Shown here one piece after another: positions 49,006 through 62,347 of a stretch of 64,000 nt of DNA. The stretch is from Camelus ferus (Eukaryota): NCBI RefSeq assembly GCF_009834535.1, contig NC_045705.1:32302001-32366000 (forward strand). The letters are read 5' to 3'. The notes below the pieces were generated by a model that was not told the origin of the DNA, did not search any database, and was given only the letters and a program-made list of their open reading frames with translations. The position numbers and the translations under genes were made by a program. How positions within the stretch are numbered: the stretch's first letter is position 1; the number at the start of each line of letters is the position of its first letter.

Positions 49006-49538
49006 TGAACGGGAGCAGAATTTCCTACGCCAAACTATGCCTCTTTGCCATAAAGGTTATCTTGAGGTGGTTATTTCCAAGAAGCAATAGGCACAGGAGA
49101 AGCTCTGAAAATTAAATAAAAATTATGTTTTTGTAATAGACATTTACATTTAAAAAAGGTATCTCCATTTGTAAGGATATCTCTGTACCAGGAAGAGAAA
49201 GATGCCTAAATCTCTAGAAACTCTTATCAATGAAGAAGGCAGGAAATTGAATATACATTAACAAACATACTCTTGTTTCCAATGCTTTTCCTGGTTCCTA
49301 TCCTCCCTGCCAACATCTTCTTGTGTCTTTAAGTGAAGATGGTACTTAAGGTGGTGGGCTGGGCCATTTGGAGAGGATGTTCCTCAGTTGTCCAGGGTGT
49401 GTCCCATGTTTACAGGGGGTATACATGTTATTAAATTTCTGTTTGTTTTTCTCCTCTTATTTTGTTTTTTATTACTGAGAGTGGGTCTCAGTTAAAAATC
49501 TAGAAGGGTAGAAGGAAAATTATTTGTTGTCCCCCACA
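49006..49538 (+). mobile_element. MER34-like ERV1 solo LTR
   Basis: tgaacgggagcagaatt...aaactatgcctctttgccataaagg start and gaagggtagaaggaaaattatttgttgtcccccaca end match recalled MER34 termini; TSD not preserved. Confidence 0.75.
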
Positions 49539-50074
49539 AATCTAATAAAGTAAGGGAAAAAGTGATAAAACAGGTAACCGTTGGTTAATTAGAAAGCAAA
49601 AAGATAATTTAATAGCACTTATCCAAAAAAGTAAGAAGAATCATTCTTTCATGTGTCAATGGAAAAAGCAAATGAAAATAACTAGAATAACCCAGGAGAG
49701 AAAGAAAAAAAAAATATATATATATATATGTATATGCATACTTAAAGCTGTAATGAGCTAGGGAATTAAACTATATCATCATTAAATCAAAAAAGATTTA
49801 AAATCTCTGATCAGACTTTCATTTCTGTGATGACACAATAAATGGTATAAGAATAGCCTGAAATCATGAACAAGACTAAACATGGACAAAATGGGTTCAA
49901 GATTGGGAAAATATTTAGCAAGAAAAACTTGCTCCTGGTAATTTTGCAATCACCATGGTTATTGAGGTGTCATTTACATTGGAAATTACCATTAGTCTCT
50001 CTTTTGGCTTAACTCCCAAAGTTACCTAGTATCAAATAGGTTTATGCTGGCCTCTTAATCTCCAAATAAGCCTG

Positions 50075-50448
50075 TGTTGATGAAAAATTAATCAGTCAGT
50101 CTAAGAAATAGATGAAAAATTTTATTTAAGCCAAACTGAGGGTTATAACCTGGGAACAGCCTCTCAGAAAGCTACAAGAACTGTTCCACCCATTCGAAGT
50201 CAAAGGACAAAATTTTTGAAACAGAGGACTGTACATTAAATAGCATATTATTGACAGTTTATACAACCCAGATCTCAGCATACAAAGCGAGTAGTGGGGC
50301 ATGGGTCGCCATGGCCCCTAATAAGATCAAGAAGGAATGTTATGTTTTAAGGAGTTTTCTTATTGACACTAGGAGATTATTGCTTTTTATGGTTGAGGAG
50401 GTGTTTCTGCCGATGGGGGCGGTTTGGCGGAAGCACTTTGCATATACA
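50075..50448 (-). mobile_element. ERV1-type LTR (about 375 bp)
   Basis: tgttgatgaaaaa...ttttatttaagccaaactgagg resembles antisense MER41-type LTR ends; locally CpG-richer; ends cataca/ca. Confidence 0.55.
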
Positions 50449-52271
50449 CAATGCACAGTGTGAGGAGAGAGGAGGCCAAAGGGCAGAGAACATTTTTTCT
50501 GTTTACATCTGTCCTGCCTTCTCATAAAATATGAATATTATTTGACACATGTTTGAGCAGCACTAACTTTTGATGAGTAAAATTGCCCTTCCAAAGTTCA
50601 TCAAAGATACAATATATGCAAAATTACCTTCTTTATCCATACCAACTAATTATCTCCTGAAATTCAGGAGGATGAGCAGACTTTCCTGTAAGAATCATCT
50701 TTAAATCTACATGAAACTTGATTTTATTATCATGAATTAATGAAAGATTCACAAGGCTACTTTAATCTGATTCTCAGTCTAACCCTTTTTAGAGCCTTCT
50801 TTTGTTTCCTCATCTTGGATAAATAATATTCAATAAAATCATTGACATCTGATGAACATTTCTAGAGGGAAATTAGTCATGGACTATCAATCAATGCATA
50901 ATACATGAAATGATGGGTTTTATGAAAGACTAATATAACACTGGTAGTAGTATATTATGAAATTTTAGTTATAAAATGAGGATGGGTACTGAATATACAG
51001 GCTCATAATAGTTATGCAGATCTAGAGGTATACAAATAAACATTCTATAAATGTAAAAAGTAATTGGGAGAAATTTATCAAAATGTTACAGCAGTTTTGG
51101 TTGTTTTCTTACCATTCTTTGAATTTTGTTATATTCTAATTTTGTTTTAATGAGTATATTTACTCATTTAATAGCATCACACACTAAAATATAAAATTTC
51201 TGAATGAAAAATCTCTTTCCGTCCCTGATGGCTTCAGTCATAGGATAATTATTTCTCTAGAAATAGTTTCTCTATCACCCCAGACATAAATTTAGAGCAT
51301 CACAAAGGAAGCACAAACCATTAGGCTCTTCATTGTGTGGCTTCTAAGGTAAAAGACTACTAGCTTATCAAAACCCAGCAGAGCTGCAGGTAATCCTCAA
51401 ACTTTTGTCCTTGGAATCCTGCCAAGCAGTCTTCCTTGAAAATTGGTCCACAGGGATGAGCAAATGTTGCATTATCATCAGTCTCCAGTATATGAGGTAC
51501 CCTGGCATCATCAGGGTGAGAGGCCATCCATACTCTGCTCTGCTCACATGCACAGTGGATCGCTGATATTCTTTTGAGACATAACTTCCTGGCAAATTTT
51601 ACATTTGATCAGGACCTGAACAAAATTTCTAGGTGGATTTCTTTTTCACCCCAGAATAAAACAAAATGAATGCACTAAAATTTAAAAAGAACTTATCTCC
51701 AAAGAAACAAATACTATATTACAGAAATTTTCAACTTAAATGGTTTTCACATTTTATTTGTGAGAAAAATTTGAGGTTGACATGTTTCTAGACAGATAAT
51801 ATTGGAAGACGATACTTTTTCACCAACGTTGGCTCACAGTGAGTATTGTTCTCAAAATTAGAAGGTTTTAGTTAGGATCAAATAAAATGGGGACATAACC
51901 AGAAGAGCATGTGTACATACAACATATAGACCTTACCCTGCAGTAACGCCAGGATTCATGGAATCAGAGATATAGAATTGATGTAATTAGGGGGCAGGGT
52001 TTACAAGCAATGTGCATATTTTCAGAAAAAAATTGTTTTGAAGGGTCAAGCTTTGAAAACATTATATGTTTCAGAAATTAATACTAATATGGGATCTAAA
52101 ATTTTAATACACCTTACTAGAGTCCTCTAGGGTTGAAATTTGTCATCTTGTATTAAATAAAATTGTAAACAAAAGGACAATACATGATGCATTAAAACTA
52201 TTTTTCTATCTTTGTTTATTATGTACCTAGAATTTATCCATCAGGTCTTCTGGAATTAATTGTAAATAGGA

Positions 52272-52490
52272 ACATAGTGTTATGAGCATGCTCTCTGTAG
52301 TTAATTGATCTTGTTAGAATTCCAGAGTCAATATTGAATAACTGACTCTGAATAAGTTACCTATATTCTCTGTGCCTTTTTCTCACCTGAAAAATGTGGC
52401 TACATGTACTACCTATGATATAATAATTTTAAGGAGATTAAATGCATTAATAACAGGAAGCATTTAGAATAGTATCAGGGTTATTGTAAT
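52272..52490 (+). mobile_element. MIR SINE
   Basis: catagtgttatgagcatg...aataagttacctatattctctgtgccttttctcacctgaaaaatg...gaagcatttagaatagt. Confidence 0.75.
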
Positions 52491-52728
52491 TAACCACTAT
52501 ATTAACTTTTATTATATTTTATCCAAATTTCAGTTTATATCTATTCCTATATTTCTCGATCAAATTAAGGGCTTTCTCTCCATACTCTGTACACTGTATT
52601 ATTGTCACATTCTATAAACACTAAACTAATATAAATGTCATGGCATTCATATAAACCCAAATCTTTTTGACATACTTCCTGTTAAGTATTAGCTTTGATT
52701 TCTCAACAGTTTATAGCATTTGAACACT

Positions 52729-53676
52729 ATGGGTGGAAGGAATAACACGCAAGTGTCCAGCTTCATCCTTCAGGGGCTGACAGATTCTGCAGGGATCCGG
52801 CTGGCCCTCTTCACGCTGTTTCTCCTGATGTACCTGATCACCATGCTGGGAAATGCAGGGATGATACTGATAATCCGCCTGGATCTCCAGCTTCACACCC
52901 CCATGTATTTTTTCCTCAGTCACCTCTCATTCCTTGACCTCAGTTACTCAACTGTCATCACCCCTAAAACCTTAGAGAGCTTACTGACCTCCGCCAAGTC
53001 TATTTCACGGATGAACTGCTTCACCCAGTTGTACTTCTTCGTCTTCCTGGGTGCCACTGAATGTTTCCTTCTCTCCTCAATGGCCTATGATCGCTATGTA
53101 GCCATCTGCAACCCTCTGCATTACCCTGTAGTTATGTCCCTGAGACGCTGCTGCTTCCTCATCCTTGGGTCCTATTTGATTGGCTTTCTGGACTCCTTTG
53201 TCAATGTCCTTTGCATAAGCAGATTGCATTTCTGCAACTCCAATATAATCCAGCACTTCTTCTGTGACACATACCCAATCTTAGCCCTGTCCTGCACTGA
53301 CACACATGACATCGAAGTCATGATATTCATTGTCACTGGCACCACCCTAGTGGTGTCTCTTATCACAATATCTGTGTCCTATGTGTTCATCCTGTCTACT
53401 GTCCTGAAAACTACTTCCACTTCCGGAAAGCAAAAGGCCTTTTCTACCTGTGGCTCGCATCTCCTGGGAGTCACCATCTTTTATGGCACTATGATTTTTA
53501 CTTATTTGAAGCCAAGTAAATCTTACTCCTTGGGAAAGGATCAAATGGCTTCTGTTTTTTATACCATTGTGATCCCCATGCTGAATCCATTCATTTATAG
53601 TCTCAGGAACAAAGAAGTAAAAAATGCTCTCTGTAGAGTCACTCAGAAGAGAGATGGATCCAGGCAATTAAAATAA
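52729..53676 (+). CDS. OR8H-subfamily olfactory receptor, intact, 315 aa
   Basis: [19 protein letters not shown]...[16 protein letters not shown]...STVITPKTL...MAYDRY...[19 protein letters not shown], diagnostic of OR8H1/2/3; candidate acceptor tttgatttctcaacAG at 52708-52709. Confidence 0.94.
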   Translation: MGGRNNTQVSSFILQGLTDSAGIRLALFTLFLLMYLITMLGNAGMILIIRLDLQLHTPMYFFLSHLSFLDLSYSTVITPKTLESLLTSAKSISRMNCFTQLYFFVFLGATECFLLSSMAYDRYVAICNPLHYPVVMSLRRCCFLILGSYLIGFLDSFVNVLCISRLHFCNSNIIQHFFCDTYPILALSCTDTHDIEVMIFIVTGTTLVVSLITISVSYVFILSTVLKTTSTSGKQKAFSTCGSHLLGVTIFYGTMIFTYLKPSKSYSLGKDQMASVFYTIVIPMLNPFIYSLRNKEVKNALCRVTQKRDGSRQLK

Positions 53677-54071
53677 CAGTGATGCTAAACTTTTAAATTC
53701 ATCTATATATTTTTTTTCTTGCCTACAGTGTATTTCCTTGCTGTCTTTCCAGAGACAGTAGAATCCTTTAATTTTTTTTTCTTCTGTTGCACTATCTTTT
53801 GCTTGACTATGATCTGGGCATTTCCAGGCATATGCCTTTAGAAATTCATATGGTAATTGGAAACTATGAAATGTTAAATCTATGGTTTAAATACTTGTGT
53901 TTTTAAGGGCAACTGATTTGCAAAATGAAACAAAATATAGTTGTCATCTTTAAACTGTATCGTACAAATTCCTATGCATACTCCAACTTCAGAGAATTTC
54001 ATTATGGATAAAAAGCTCCATTGGGGGAACAACGATAACAGTTTTATTGATTATTTCATATTTTATGGAGA

Positions 54072-54320
54072 AGCAACATAGCAGAGTGATTATGAGGATT
54101 TGCTTTAGAAGCAAACACTCCAGAATTCAGGCTCTAGATCTGCTATCCTTTTAGCTGCATAACCCTTAATAAATCACTGAAACTCTTCAGTCTCAAGTGT
54201 CCTTGACCACATGAGATAAGTAACTATTCCACTTCCATATAGTTAATATAAAGATTATATCAGATAATGGATATAAAACATTTAAGGCGGTACCAATAAA
54301 TGCTGGCCATCATAATCACA
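54072..54320 (+). mobile_element. MIR SINE, near full length
   Basis: agcaacatagcagagtgattatgagg...tagctgcataacccttaataaatcactgaaac...aataaatgctggccatcat. Confidence 0.75.
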
Positions 54321-55974
54321 ATACTCACTTTCCTGAGTATTTTTAATGCACATGGGCTTTTTTCTTAAAGAATATTCCCTTCTGTTTTATAAATTACTTT
54401 TGATTGATTTAAAGGACAAAAACACAAAAGGCAAAGGAAAAACAGCACTTCACAATTTTGGATTTAGAATGGTATATGTTACCATTCGAGAAAATTTGAA
54501 AAATACTGAAAAATTTAAAAGAATGGAACTGCCCTAACAGTTATTAACAGCTGTGTACATGTTCTTCCAGATGGGCAGTTATGTATGTATATGTATATAT
54601 TAAATACTTAAGCAATATTTCTGTTATTTCCTATGTAGTTTTTTGAAGCATTCTGTGTACACTTACAGGTTTAACCATTGATTATTCCTTTGTCATTGAG
54701 ACCTAAGCTGAATGTGTTGTTTGCACATGAGACAAATTCAGACTGTCATTTTGCAATGCTTTGGACATGACATGTTTGTAAATTTATCACATTAAATCTG
54801 CATGTAATGGTGGCTACCTGAAAACTTCAAAAAGCTAACTTTTGTGTGATGCGTCAGCAAGCTTCAGTAAACTGCTTCTTTGTTGAAATTCTGTGTATTT
54901 TTTAAAAAATTATTGCCTTTCTCCTAATTTCTATAGGTTTGTTATAATCATTAAAGTAAATATTGAATTAAATGTTTGACTCATTTGTTTTAAATTTTTT
55001 AACAAAGATAAATTGTAAAGCTATGAATTTACAATGTATTCAGATTGTGTGGCAACTCATAAACTTTAGTCAGATAATATGCTAAAATTTCCTTTATTTT
55101 AAAATTTTTCTTTTACATAATCTAGAATTGGAATTTTCATGTTCTTTGTTATTTCAAGGTTATTTAAGAACATATTTTTCCATTTTCCAAGTATTAGATT
55201 TTTTTGTGTGTAAACTTTGGTAACATATAGATTGCTTTTATTAAAAAATGATTATAACAATTTTATTTTTGAAATTTATATTATTTTCTCTATAAAATTA
55301 TAGTCGATTCTTTTTTAAATATTTGTTAAATATTAAAAATAAAATGTGAAATTGCAAAATGTTTAAGTTAATTTTAAAAAAATTTTTTACAAATTCAAAA
55401 CTGTCAACTAATTTATTCAAATCTTTTAAATATACATTATTTTCCTTTACTTAATTTACTTAAAAATTTCCTTATCCAATGTGAATGCCATTTAAAATTA
55501 TTATGACTTATTTTTGCTTTGATATCCATGCTGTCTAGACTCTATATTTACAGCTAATGCTATTTGTTTTGTTTTGCAATTGTTCAAATTATGCTTCTTT
55601 GGCTCGTCTCTCATCTTTTATAAGCATTATGTTGTTTCATACATTTATGTGCTCTTTTCATTTTCCTAGTCTTTTTTATAAACTATGCTTTTACTTTGCT
55701 TTCAATTATTTCTATGATTACAAAATGTATCCTGTTGATTTGTGTTGACAAATACAGTCTACAGATTCTATGACTTTGTGGACTACACTTAAGTAGAGAA
55801 AATTGCAATTAAATTCAATGTAAAATGTAGTATGAAATAACTTACAACATAATGCTCTTTTTCATGGTGTCATGCCAAAATGCTATCTAATAAAAATATG
55901 ATCAAGAAAATAAGACAAGAATAGAGCATGTTAGAAACATAAATAGCTGTGTTTGCCTCAAAAAAGTTAATAGA

Positions 55975-56100
55975 TATAATGGTGATAACATACTTTGCTA
56001 GGCACTTACTATGCACCAGACAACGTTCAAAGGGTTTTAGAGATATAATTAACATGGTTTATCTTCACAAGATAACTTTCAGGTAGGTACCAGCAATATC
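55975..56100 (-). mobile_element. MIR SINE 3' part
   Basis: gcacttactatgcaccagacaacgttcaaagggttttag...ttatcttcacaagataac. Confidence 0.7.
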
Positions 56101-56269
56101 TAAATGTTAATTGTATGTAAAGGGAAGCCATCTTTGTGCTCATTTAGGCAAAGACATACAAATAATCCTGACATTTTCTCATATGTCTCACATCCAATCT
56201 ATCAGCATATTATGTTGATTCAAAATACAGAATATATTTGCACATAACATATCTTTAAAATAAAACTTC

Positions 56270-57130
56270 CCAGATAGTATTTTTAAAGCTAAATATATTA
56301 AAAATTTTGTTTCAGAAAGTTAAAAATAAATGTATGGGCAAATGTGCATTTAGGTAGTACATACGAAAACAAAACATTGATTGTCATTTTAATGTCAAAA
56401 ACGGAGATTGCAGGAAAGATTAAAATAAACAAAAAAGGATACATTGTATTGATGGACTTTAATTCATGATGAAAACTTAAAGATAAGTGTTATCTGTGCA
56501 AAATAGTCACGTAGCAACAAATATTATAAAACAGGAAACTTCTCACAGAGGAAACGAAAAGACAAAAATACATGGAATCATACCAACATTAAGAAACCCT
56601 AATACACATCAATTAAAATTTTTAATCGAGAAAACATTGAAGAGGGCATAGAAACTTAAAGCACTCATTAAATATGATTATTTTATAGAAATTAATATAT
56701 AGATATTAAGCTTTGACCATAAATAAGAGAGAATTCAGTTTCTTTTCAAGTGTACTTGCGTATTTATAAAAACTGCCCTAATTAGTGAAAACAATGCTCT
56801 GAATTCAGAATATTTAAAAATTTTATTCTGTCTGGTAAAAATGACAAATAAAAACATTTTCAGTTACAAATAAAAAGAATTTCAGTTAGGCATTTAAAGA
56901 TAAGTTACTAAACCACTTTCAATTCAAAGAGAAAAAAGAAAAATAACAAATAGCTTGATAGCAAAAATATGACATATTAAAAAATGGGGGCTGTCACTGA
57001 CATAACTTTCCTTGGAAAATTCATATCCAATTCAGAAGACTAGAAAAGAAGAGCAAAATAGACTAATGAAAAGAAGAGGAAAATATTTAAAGGAAATAAT
57101 AAACCAGAAAATCTAAACAATAACTAACAT
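56270..57130 (+). mobile_element. Ancient L1 fragment (endonuclease region), highly degraded
   Basis: A-rich strand with L1-like segments (aaaaggatacattgtattgatgg, agagagaattcagtttcttttcaagtg); boundaries approximate. Confidence 0.45.
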
Positions 57131-57209
57131 TGACACAAAAAATGCTGTCTCTGTTTTACAAGTGTCTCTGAGTTGAATTAAAAAAAAAATTCACAGTTTT
57201 TAACCTATA

Positions 57210-57300
57210 ATATTCATTCATTAAAGGAATATTTATGAGGAACAATATGTATCAGACATTGTTCTAGACTTTGGAAAATAGATTAGACAATAAATCAAAT
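57210..57300 (-). mobile_element. L2 3' end remnant
   Basis: attcattcattaaaggaatatttatgaggaacaatatgtatcagacattgttctag. Confidence 0.6.
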
Positions 57301-58499
57301 AGAAATTAAACTGCATATTATGCAAAATAATTAAAAATGCAATGGTGCATTTAATAAACAAGGAATGTGAGGAGACGTAAAGCAGATAAACTGTCAAATA
57401 AGATCTTCACTAAGAAGAGAGATTTAAAGGAAAGAATTGTGTGAATAGCAGTGGAGAGAGCTTTCCAAATAGGAAAAAAAAATGCAGAAAAATTGGGAAG
57501 AATATGTTTCATCAAGAAATGCTCTCTGTTTATGCTGTCAAGTTGTTCTTAAACTTAGTAATCCCACTTTAGGGAAATATATGTAGGTTGTATTCTATGT
57601 TCTAAGACTGGAATCAAAAGGGTTTTCACAAAATACAAATAATAATGATGGAGGAATGAAAAAGAAGGAAAGAAAGAAGAAAGAAAGGAAGGGAAGAAGG
57701 AAGAAATTAAGGAAAAATGATCTTTGAAGGGCACATATCCTTGCAATAAAAATGAGTCTTGCTGGAAGCAGAAGTAAAAGTGTGCGTAGTAGGGATGATT
57801 TCTGTATGTTGGTTCTTAAGCCTGAGCGATGAGGAGCGGTGGCATCTGCAAAGACATCACAGAGGGGTAAGGGCCAAAGGAAAAGAGAGCAAAGCTGAGT
57901 CTGGATCAGACCTGTAGGGAAACCCAGAAAGATGTAGAGGGGCTTAGTTCAGAAAGAACCAAATCCAAGAGCAGATATACCTTACCCTGTAAATTGCACT
58001 TGGTTTGTCATTTTTGAGTTTAAGTATAATCCTGATAAATGCTAATTCCTAGCCTCTGTATTCTGTGGAAAATTATAAAATGAGTTTAATGTACACGCTC
58101 TGGATGAACAAATAAAAACAAGAGAAAGGTACCCTCACAAGCATCATGGCAGTGAAACTAGGAATTGGAACACATATCTCTGATCCCTGACTCACTGGCT
58201 GGGATTAGATTGATGCCCATGCGTAGATCTAAGGATGGAGAAAAGTGCTTTAAACTGGAGTCCAAATCAATGATTCCATGGAAAGTGGTACAGGGGTATG
58301 TCAGCTATAGGTTTGCTATCAATTGGGTGGTATTTGCTCAAGCTTGTCAGATATAATTATAAAGTTACTTGCAATTGCAACTTGGAATCCTATCCAACTT
58401 AACTTGCATTGAGATGAAAGTTAATAGTATACATTTTAAAGAAAAGAGAACATGCATATGCGACTATGTGTGTGTAAATAAACAGAGGATATATGTCAG

Positions 58500-58810
58500 C
58501 ATTCATGTGTTCAAATTCTAATCCTTGTACCACAGAATGTGACTGTGTCTGGAGATAAGGTCTTTGTGATGATAATTAAGTGAAAATGAAATCTTTAGGG
58601 TGGACTCTAATGCAATAGACTCACAGAGAGAAAAGAATATGTGAAGACACAGGGCGAGGGAGACTGCAATTGATAATACAAAGACCAAGACTGCAGAAGG
58701 CAACTCTGGCTTCACCCTGAACTCAGACTTGTGGTCTCTAGACTAGTGAGAAATAAATTTCAGCTGTTTAAGCCACTAGCCTGTCATACTTTGCTGTGTC
58801 AGCACTCATA
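58500..58810 (+). mobile_element. MLT1A/B MaLR LTR
   Basis: agaatgtgactgtgtctggagataaggtctttg...gtgagaaataaatttcagctgtttaagccactag. Confidence 0.85.
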
Positions 58811-59084
58811 CTGTTGCGATGATGCAGTCAGTATCTGCCTATCTGTACCCATCTGTCTATGTGTCTGTGTATCTGAGTGAATTAAGTTAGAAGCAAATGG
58901 AAGACTCATTTTTTCTGCCTGTGTGGAAAGTGCACAGGTGGAGGTTTGACTATGATCTTTATATAAAGATGTCTAAAAAGAATAGGGGAGATTACTACAC
59001 TAAAACCATTTTATCATAACTTCTTGATATGGTGACAAAGAACATCATTCTTCATTTGTTTCAATTTTATCTTTAATTTGAAAA

Positions 59085-60023
59085 TTACACTTTATTGATA
59101 AACCAAAGTTTCCCAAATACTCTGTTCATGGCCTCTTTAACATCTTTATTCCTTAAACTATAAATGATTGGATTCAACATGGGAATCACGATGCTGTAAA
59201 ATACAGACACTATCATGTCATGGTCCAAGGCATAGCTGGAACTCGGTCTCACATACATGAAGAGGATGGTTCCATGGTAAATTGACACTGCAGTTAGGTG
59301 AGAGCCACATGTAGAAAAGGCTTTCCTTCTCCCTTCGGCAGAATGCATCCTCAGGATGGCCAGTAGAATGAAACCATAGGAGATCAGGACAATCAGGATA
59401 GTGACTATCTCAATAGAGCCCACGAAGTAGAAGAGTAGAAGCTGGTTTGTGCGAGTGTCAGAGCAAGAAAGAGCGAGGAGAGGAGGGATGTCACAAAAGA
59501 CGTGTTTAATTTCATTAGATGCACAGAAGGACAGGCTAAATGTGGCCACTGTGTGCACAGAAGCATTCACAATGCCACCAACATAGGAAGCAGTGATGAG
59601 TGGCACATAGACTCTGGGCGCCATGCTCACTGAATACAGGAGGGGGTTGTAGATTGCTACATAGCGATCATATGACATTGCGGCCAAGAGGAAGCATTCT
59701 GTGGTCCCTAGAGTAACAATGAGAAACATCTGGGCTGCACATTCAAAGAATGTAATGACTTTATTTTTTGACATAAAATCTACTAACATATTTGGGATAA
59801 TTACTGAGGAAAGGCTGGCATCCACGCATGATAACAGACTCAGAAAATAGTACATGGGGTTGTGCAGCCGGGAAGCCCTGGTGACCAACACAACTAGTCC
59901 TAAATTTCCCATCAGAGTAAACAGGTAGATCACTAGAAACAGGGGAAACAGGAAGATCTGCAGGTCAGGCTTGTCTGTGAAGCCCTTCAGTACAAACAGA
60001 GTGACTTTGGTGACATTCTGCAT
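59085..60023 (-). CDS. OR5T-subfamily olfactory receptor (OR5T2-like), intact, 312 aa
   Basis: [17 protein letters not shown]...[17 protein letters not shown]...[25 protein letters not shown]...[15 protein letters not shown], diagnostic of OR5T. Confidence 0.93.
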   Translation of the reverse strand: MQNVTKVTLFVLKGFTDKPDLQIFLFPLFLVIYLFTLMGNLGLVVLVTRASRLHNPMYYFLSLLSCVDASLSSVIIPNMLVDFMSKNKVITFFECAAQMFLIVTLGTTECFLLAAMSYDRYVAIYNPLLYSVSMAPRVYVPLITASYVGGIVNASVHTVATFSLSFCASNEIKHVFCDIPPLLALSCSDTRTNQLLLFYFVGSIEIVTILIVLISYGFILLAILRMHSAEGRRKAFSTCGSHLTAVSIYHGTILFMYVRPSSSYALDHDMIVSVFYSIVIPMLNPIIYSLRNKDVKEAMNRVFGKLWFINKV

Positions 60024-62309
60024 GGTGACCGTTCATGAAACAAACTTGAATTTATTCGTAAAAGTATCATTCATAGTGCTACGACAAGAGTGAGCAATAT
60101 TGTGACTTAAGAAATGTGAACTTTATTCTCATATTTATTCCTTGAAAATGCAAAACTTCCCAGCAGCAGTTCCAGAGACAGTGATAAGACGGTGGGCCGA
60201 AGGTTGACACCATTCACTGTGGAATCAGATGGAAGACTTGGGATTTAACTCACTGGTTCAATTCCTGTCATTTCTAAAACCTTTCAAATCAGATGATTAA
60301 TTTTCTACTGAATTCTATTAGCTTTTTTCCTATGCAGTCACACTAAAACACAAAGTTTTCAGCTAAAGAAAGATTTCTTATGTAATTATTACACTAATAT
60401 TTATCTCAAAAGCAGAATACATATTAATAAAGTGTATTAATAAATTTAAATATTTAAAGTGACTTTAAATGTAGAATGGACTAAATAAGATTTGTTTGGT
60501 TGACTAATTGCCTACTGAATTGTAGTATTTTATGAGTTAATCTCTGTAAAAACATTTATAGCTCCATTAGATTTTTCTGAAAAGAACTAATTAATTTTTT
60601 TCTGAGAATTGAATTGATTGCCATGATTGAATATAAAATCATATGGTAACTTATATTCAGTATTGTCCTTTTTGGGTAACTATTTGGTCTTTCGTTTTGT
60701 TTTGGGGAATCTAAATTCTCAATAATTGATACATTTTCTTCTCTGAAATTCTGTAGTGAAATAGGAGAATTATAATAAAAATAAGAAATATGATTTTTTT
60801 CTCTTACAGCATAACATTTGATTATATATCACTGATTTTTTTATACAGGAAAATGACAGGTAGGTAACTATTATCTAAAAGTAACAGTTAAATAAACTCA
60901 GAGATTAGTCATTTAAAAATATAACTACAACAAAAACAATCTTTGCACCTAGACATCAACCTTAATATTTAAGGGTTTTTTTTAAAAAAAACTTAGCAAG
61001 AAATGAAAATTAGAAGGCATAGAAAAAGTCTTTCCTGTGTTGTCCCATGGTTAATCAAATTAGGGCTCTCAGTGTTACCTGAACACAAATTCAGAGTTCT
61101 ATTATTCACCTGTAATTATAACACTAGTTGGAGGATAGTTTTTGTTTAAGTCATTTATTTTTTATAAATCTACCCTTCAAAAAATCTGAGTCAGTCTTCA
61201 GGGTACCTAATGTGCTGCAAATAATCTTCTGCACATTATTTAAATTCATCCAGTTTCAATTCATTCAAATTCCATCCGTGAGAGAAAGAGCCATCTTGAT
61301 TAGAAAAAGTGATAGAAGGAGACGAATGTACATACCAGCAACCTTCTGAAAAAGACAAAGCCAAGATCACCCAGAAAGAACTGTCAATATACGACTTTAA
61401 GGCAAGGTGGAAGGGTCCAAATACCTTACGCTGAGTATTGAAACACTAAGTTCAAAAAGGAGGAGAGAAATAATAACAGCTAGTTACTGAACTGTAGGAA
61501 GGGGGCTTTGCACACGTTACTCTATCTCACCTTTACAGAATCCCTGTCAGCTAAGACGTGCCGGCCAAGGTTGAGTCCCGATCTCCCCCAGGGTACATGC
61601 GCTTTTCACCACTTTTTCCCACCTCTTACTATATCCTTCCATCATTCTGGATCTGATCTTCCCCCTCTCATCCTCCCACCCCCACTGAAATAAAATAAAA
61701 CATGATCTTTGATGCATTCGGATATTTCCAAACCCTTAAGACGAGAGAAACATTATGACACAAGTAGTAAGCTAGAGTGGCTTCCACATTAAGTAACTAA
61801 CAAAACAAGCATAAAAAAATTACTGATTATCTTTCTCACATCAAAACATAAGCCCCCAGATAGGTGAGTAGGTCAAATGTTTTCTTGCCTTCTGTTGACA
61901 AGTTTCCCGTTTTACTTTGAATTGCTCTGTCTTCTTCCAGAAGGAAAATAAAAACTTAACACTCTGTTGGGAGTATTCTCACTACTTCTACAAACATGAA
62001 ACAGTATTGTCTATTTTGCTTTTGTTTTGTTCCAAGAAGTATTGTTTTTCAATTTTTAGACAAACACTGCATGAATTATGTTGTGATGAATGTGTTCTAT
62101 TCACCAGTGGAAATGGCAACAACAGAAAGCCTTGGTACCAAGGATTTTATAACATAATTAATTTTGATAATTTAGATTCCAACTCCTGAAATATTCTGCA
62201 GATGATCTGAAAATTTCTCTTACCTGTGGAACAGAAAATGCAATCATCAGTACATTGTGAATAGGGTTCCTTCAGATTCTTATATTCAGTTACTTAACTG
62301 TTGGTAAAG

Positions 62310-62347
62310 CCCACAGGAGATGCCCCAAGGGGAATATGCCCCAATTA
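62310..62347 (-). promoter_or_regulatory. Candidate OR5T promoter module (O/E and homeodomain sites)
   Basis: cccacaggaga, palindromic CCCCAAGGGG (62323-62332) and CAATTA (62342-62347), 2.3 kb upstream of the minus-strand ATG; minus-strand donor AAG|GTGAGA near 61531. Confidence 0.4.

Noticed and set aside
51361-51600. Two stop-free minus-strand frames of about 75-80 codons
   Set aside because: No recognisable protein similarity and no ATG-initiated long ORF; could simply be OR8H upstream or UTR sequence
36883-53667. Antisense and alternate-frame ORFs overlapping OR coding regions (for example 36883-37233, 44790-45071, 53347-53667)
   Set aside because: Expected shadows of OR codon usage; no independent evidence
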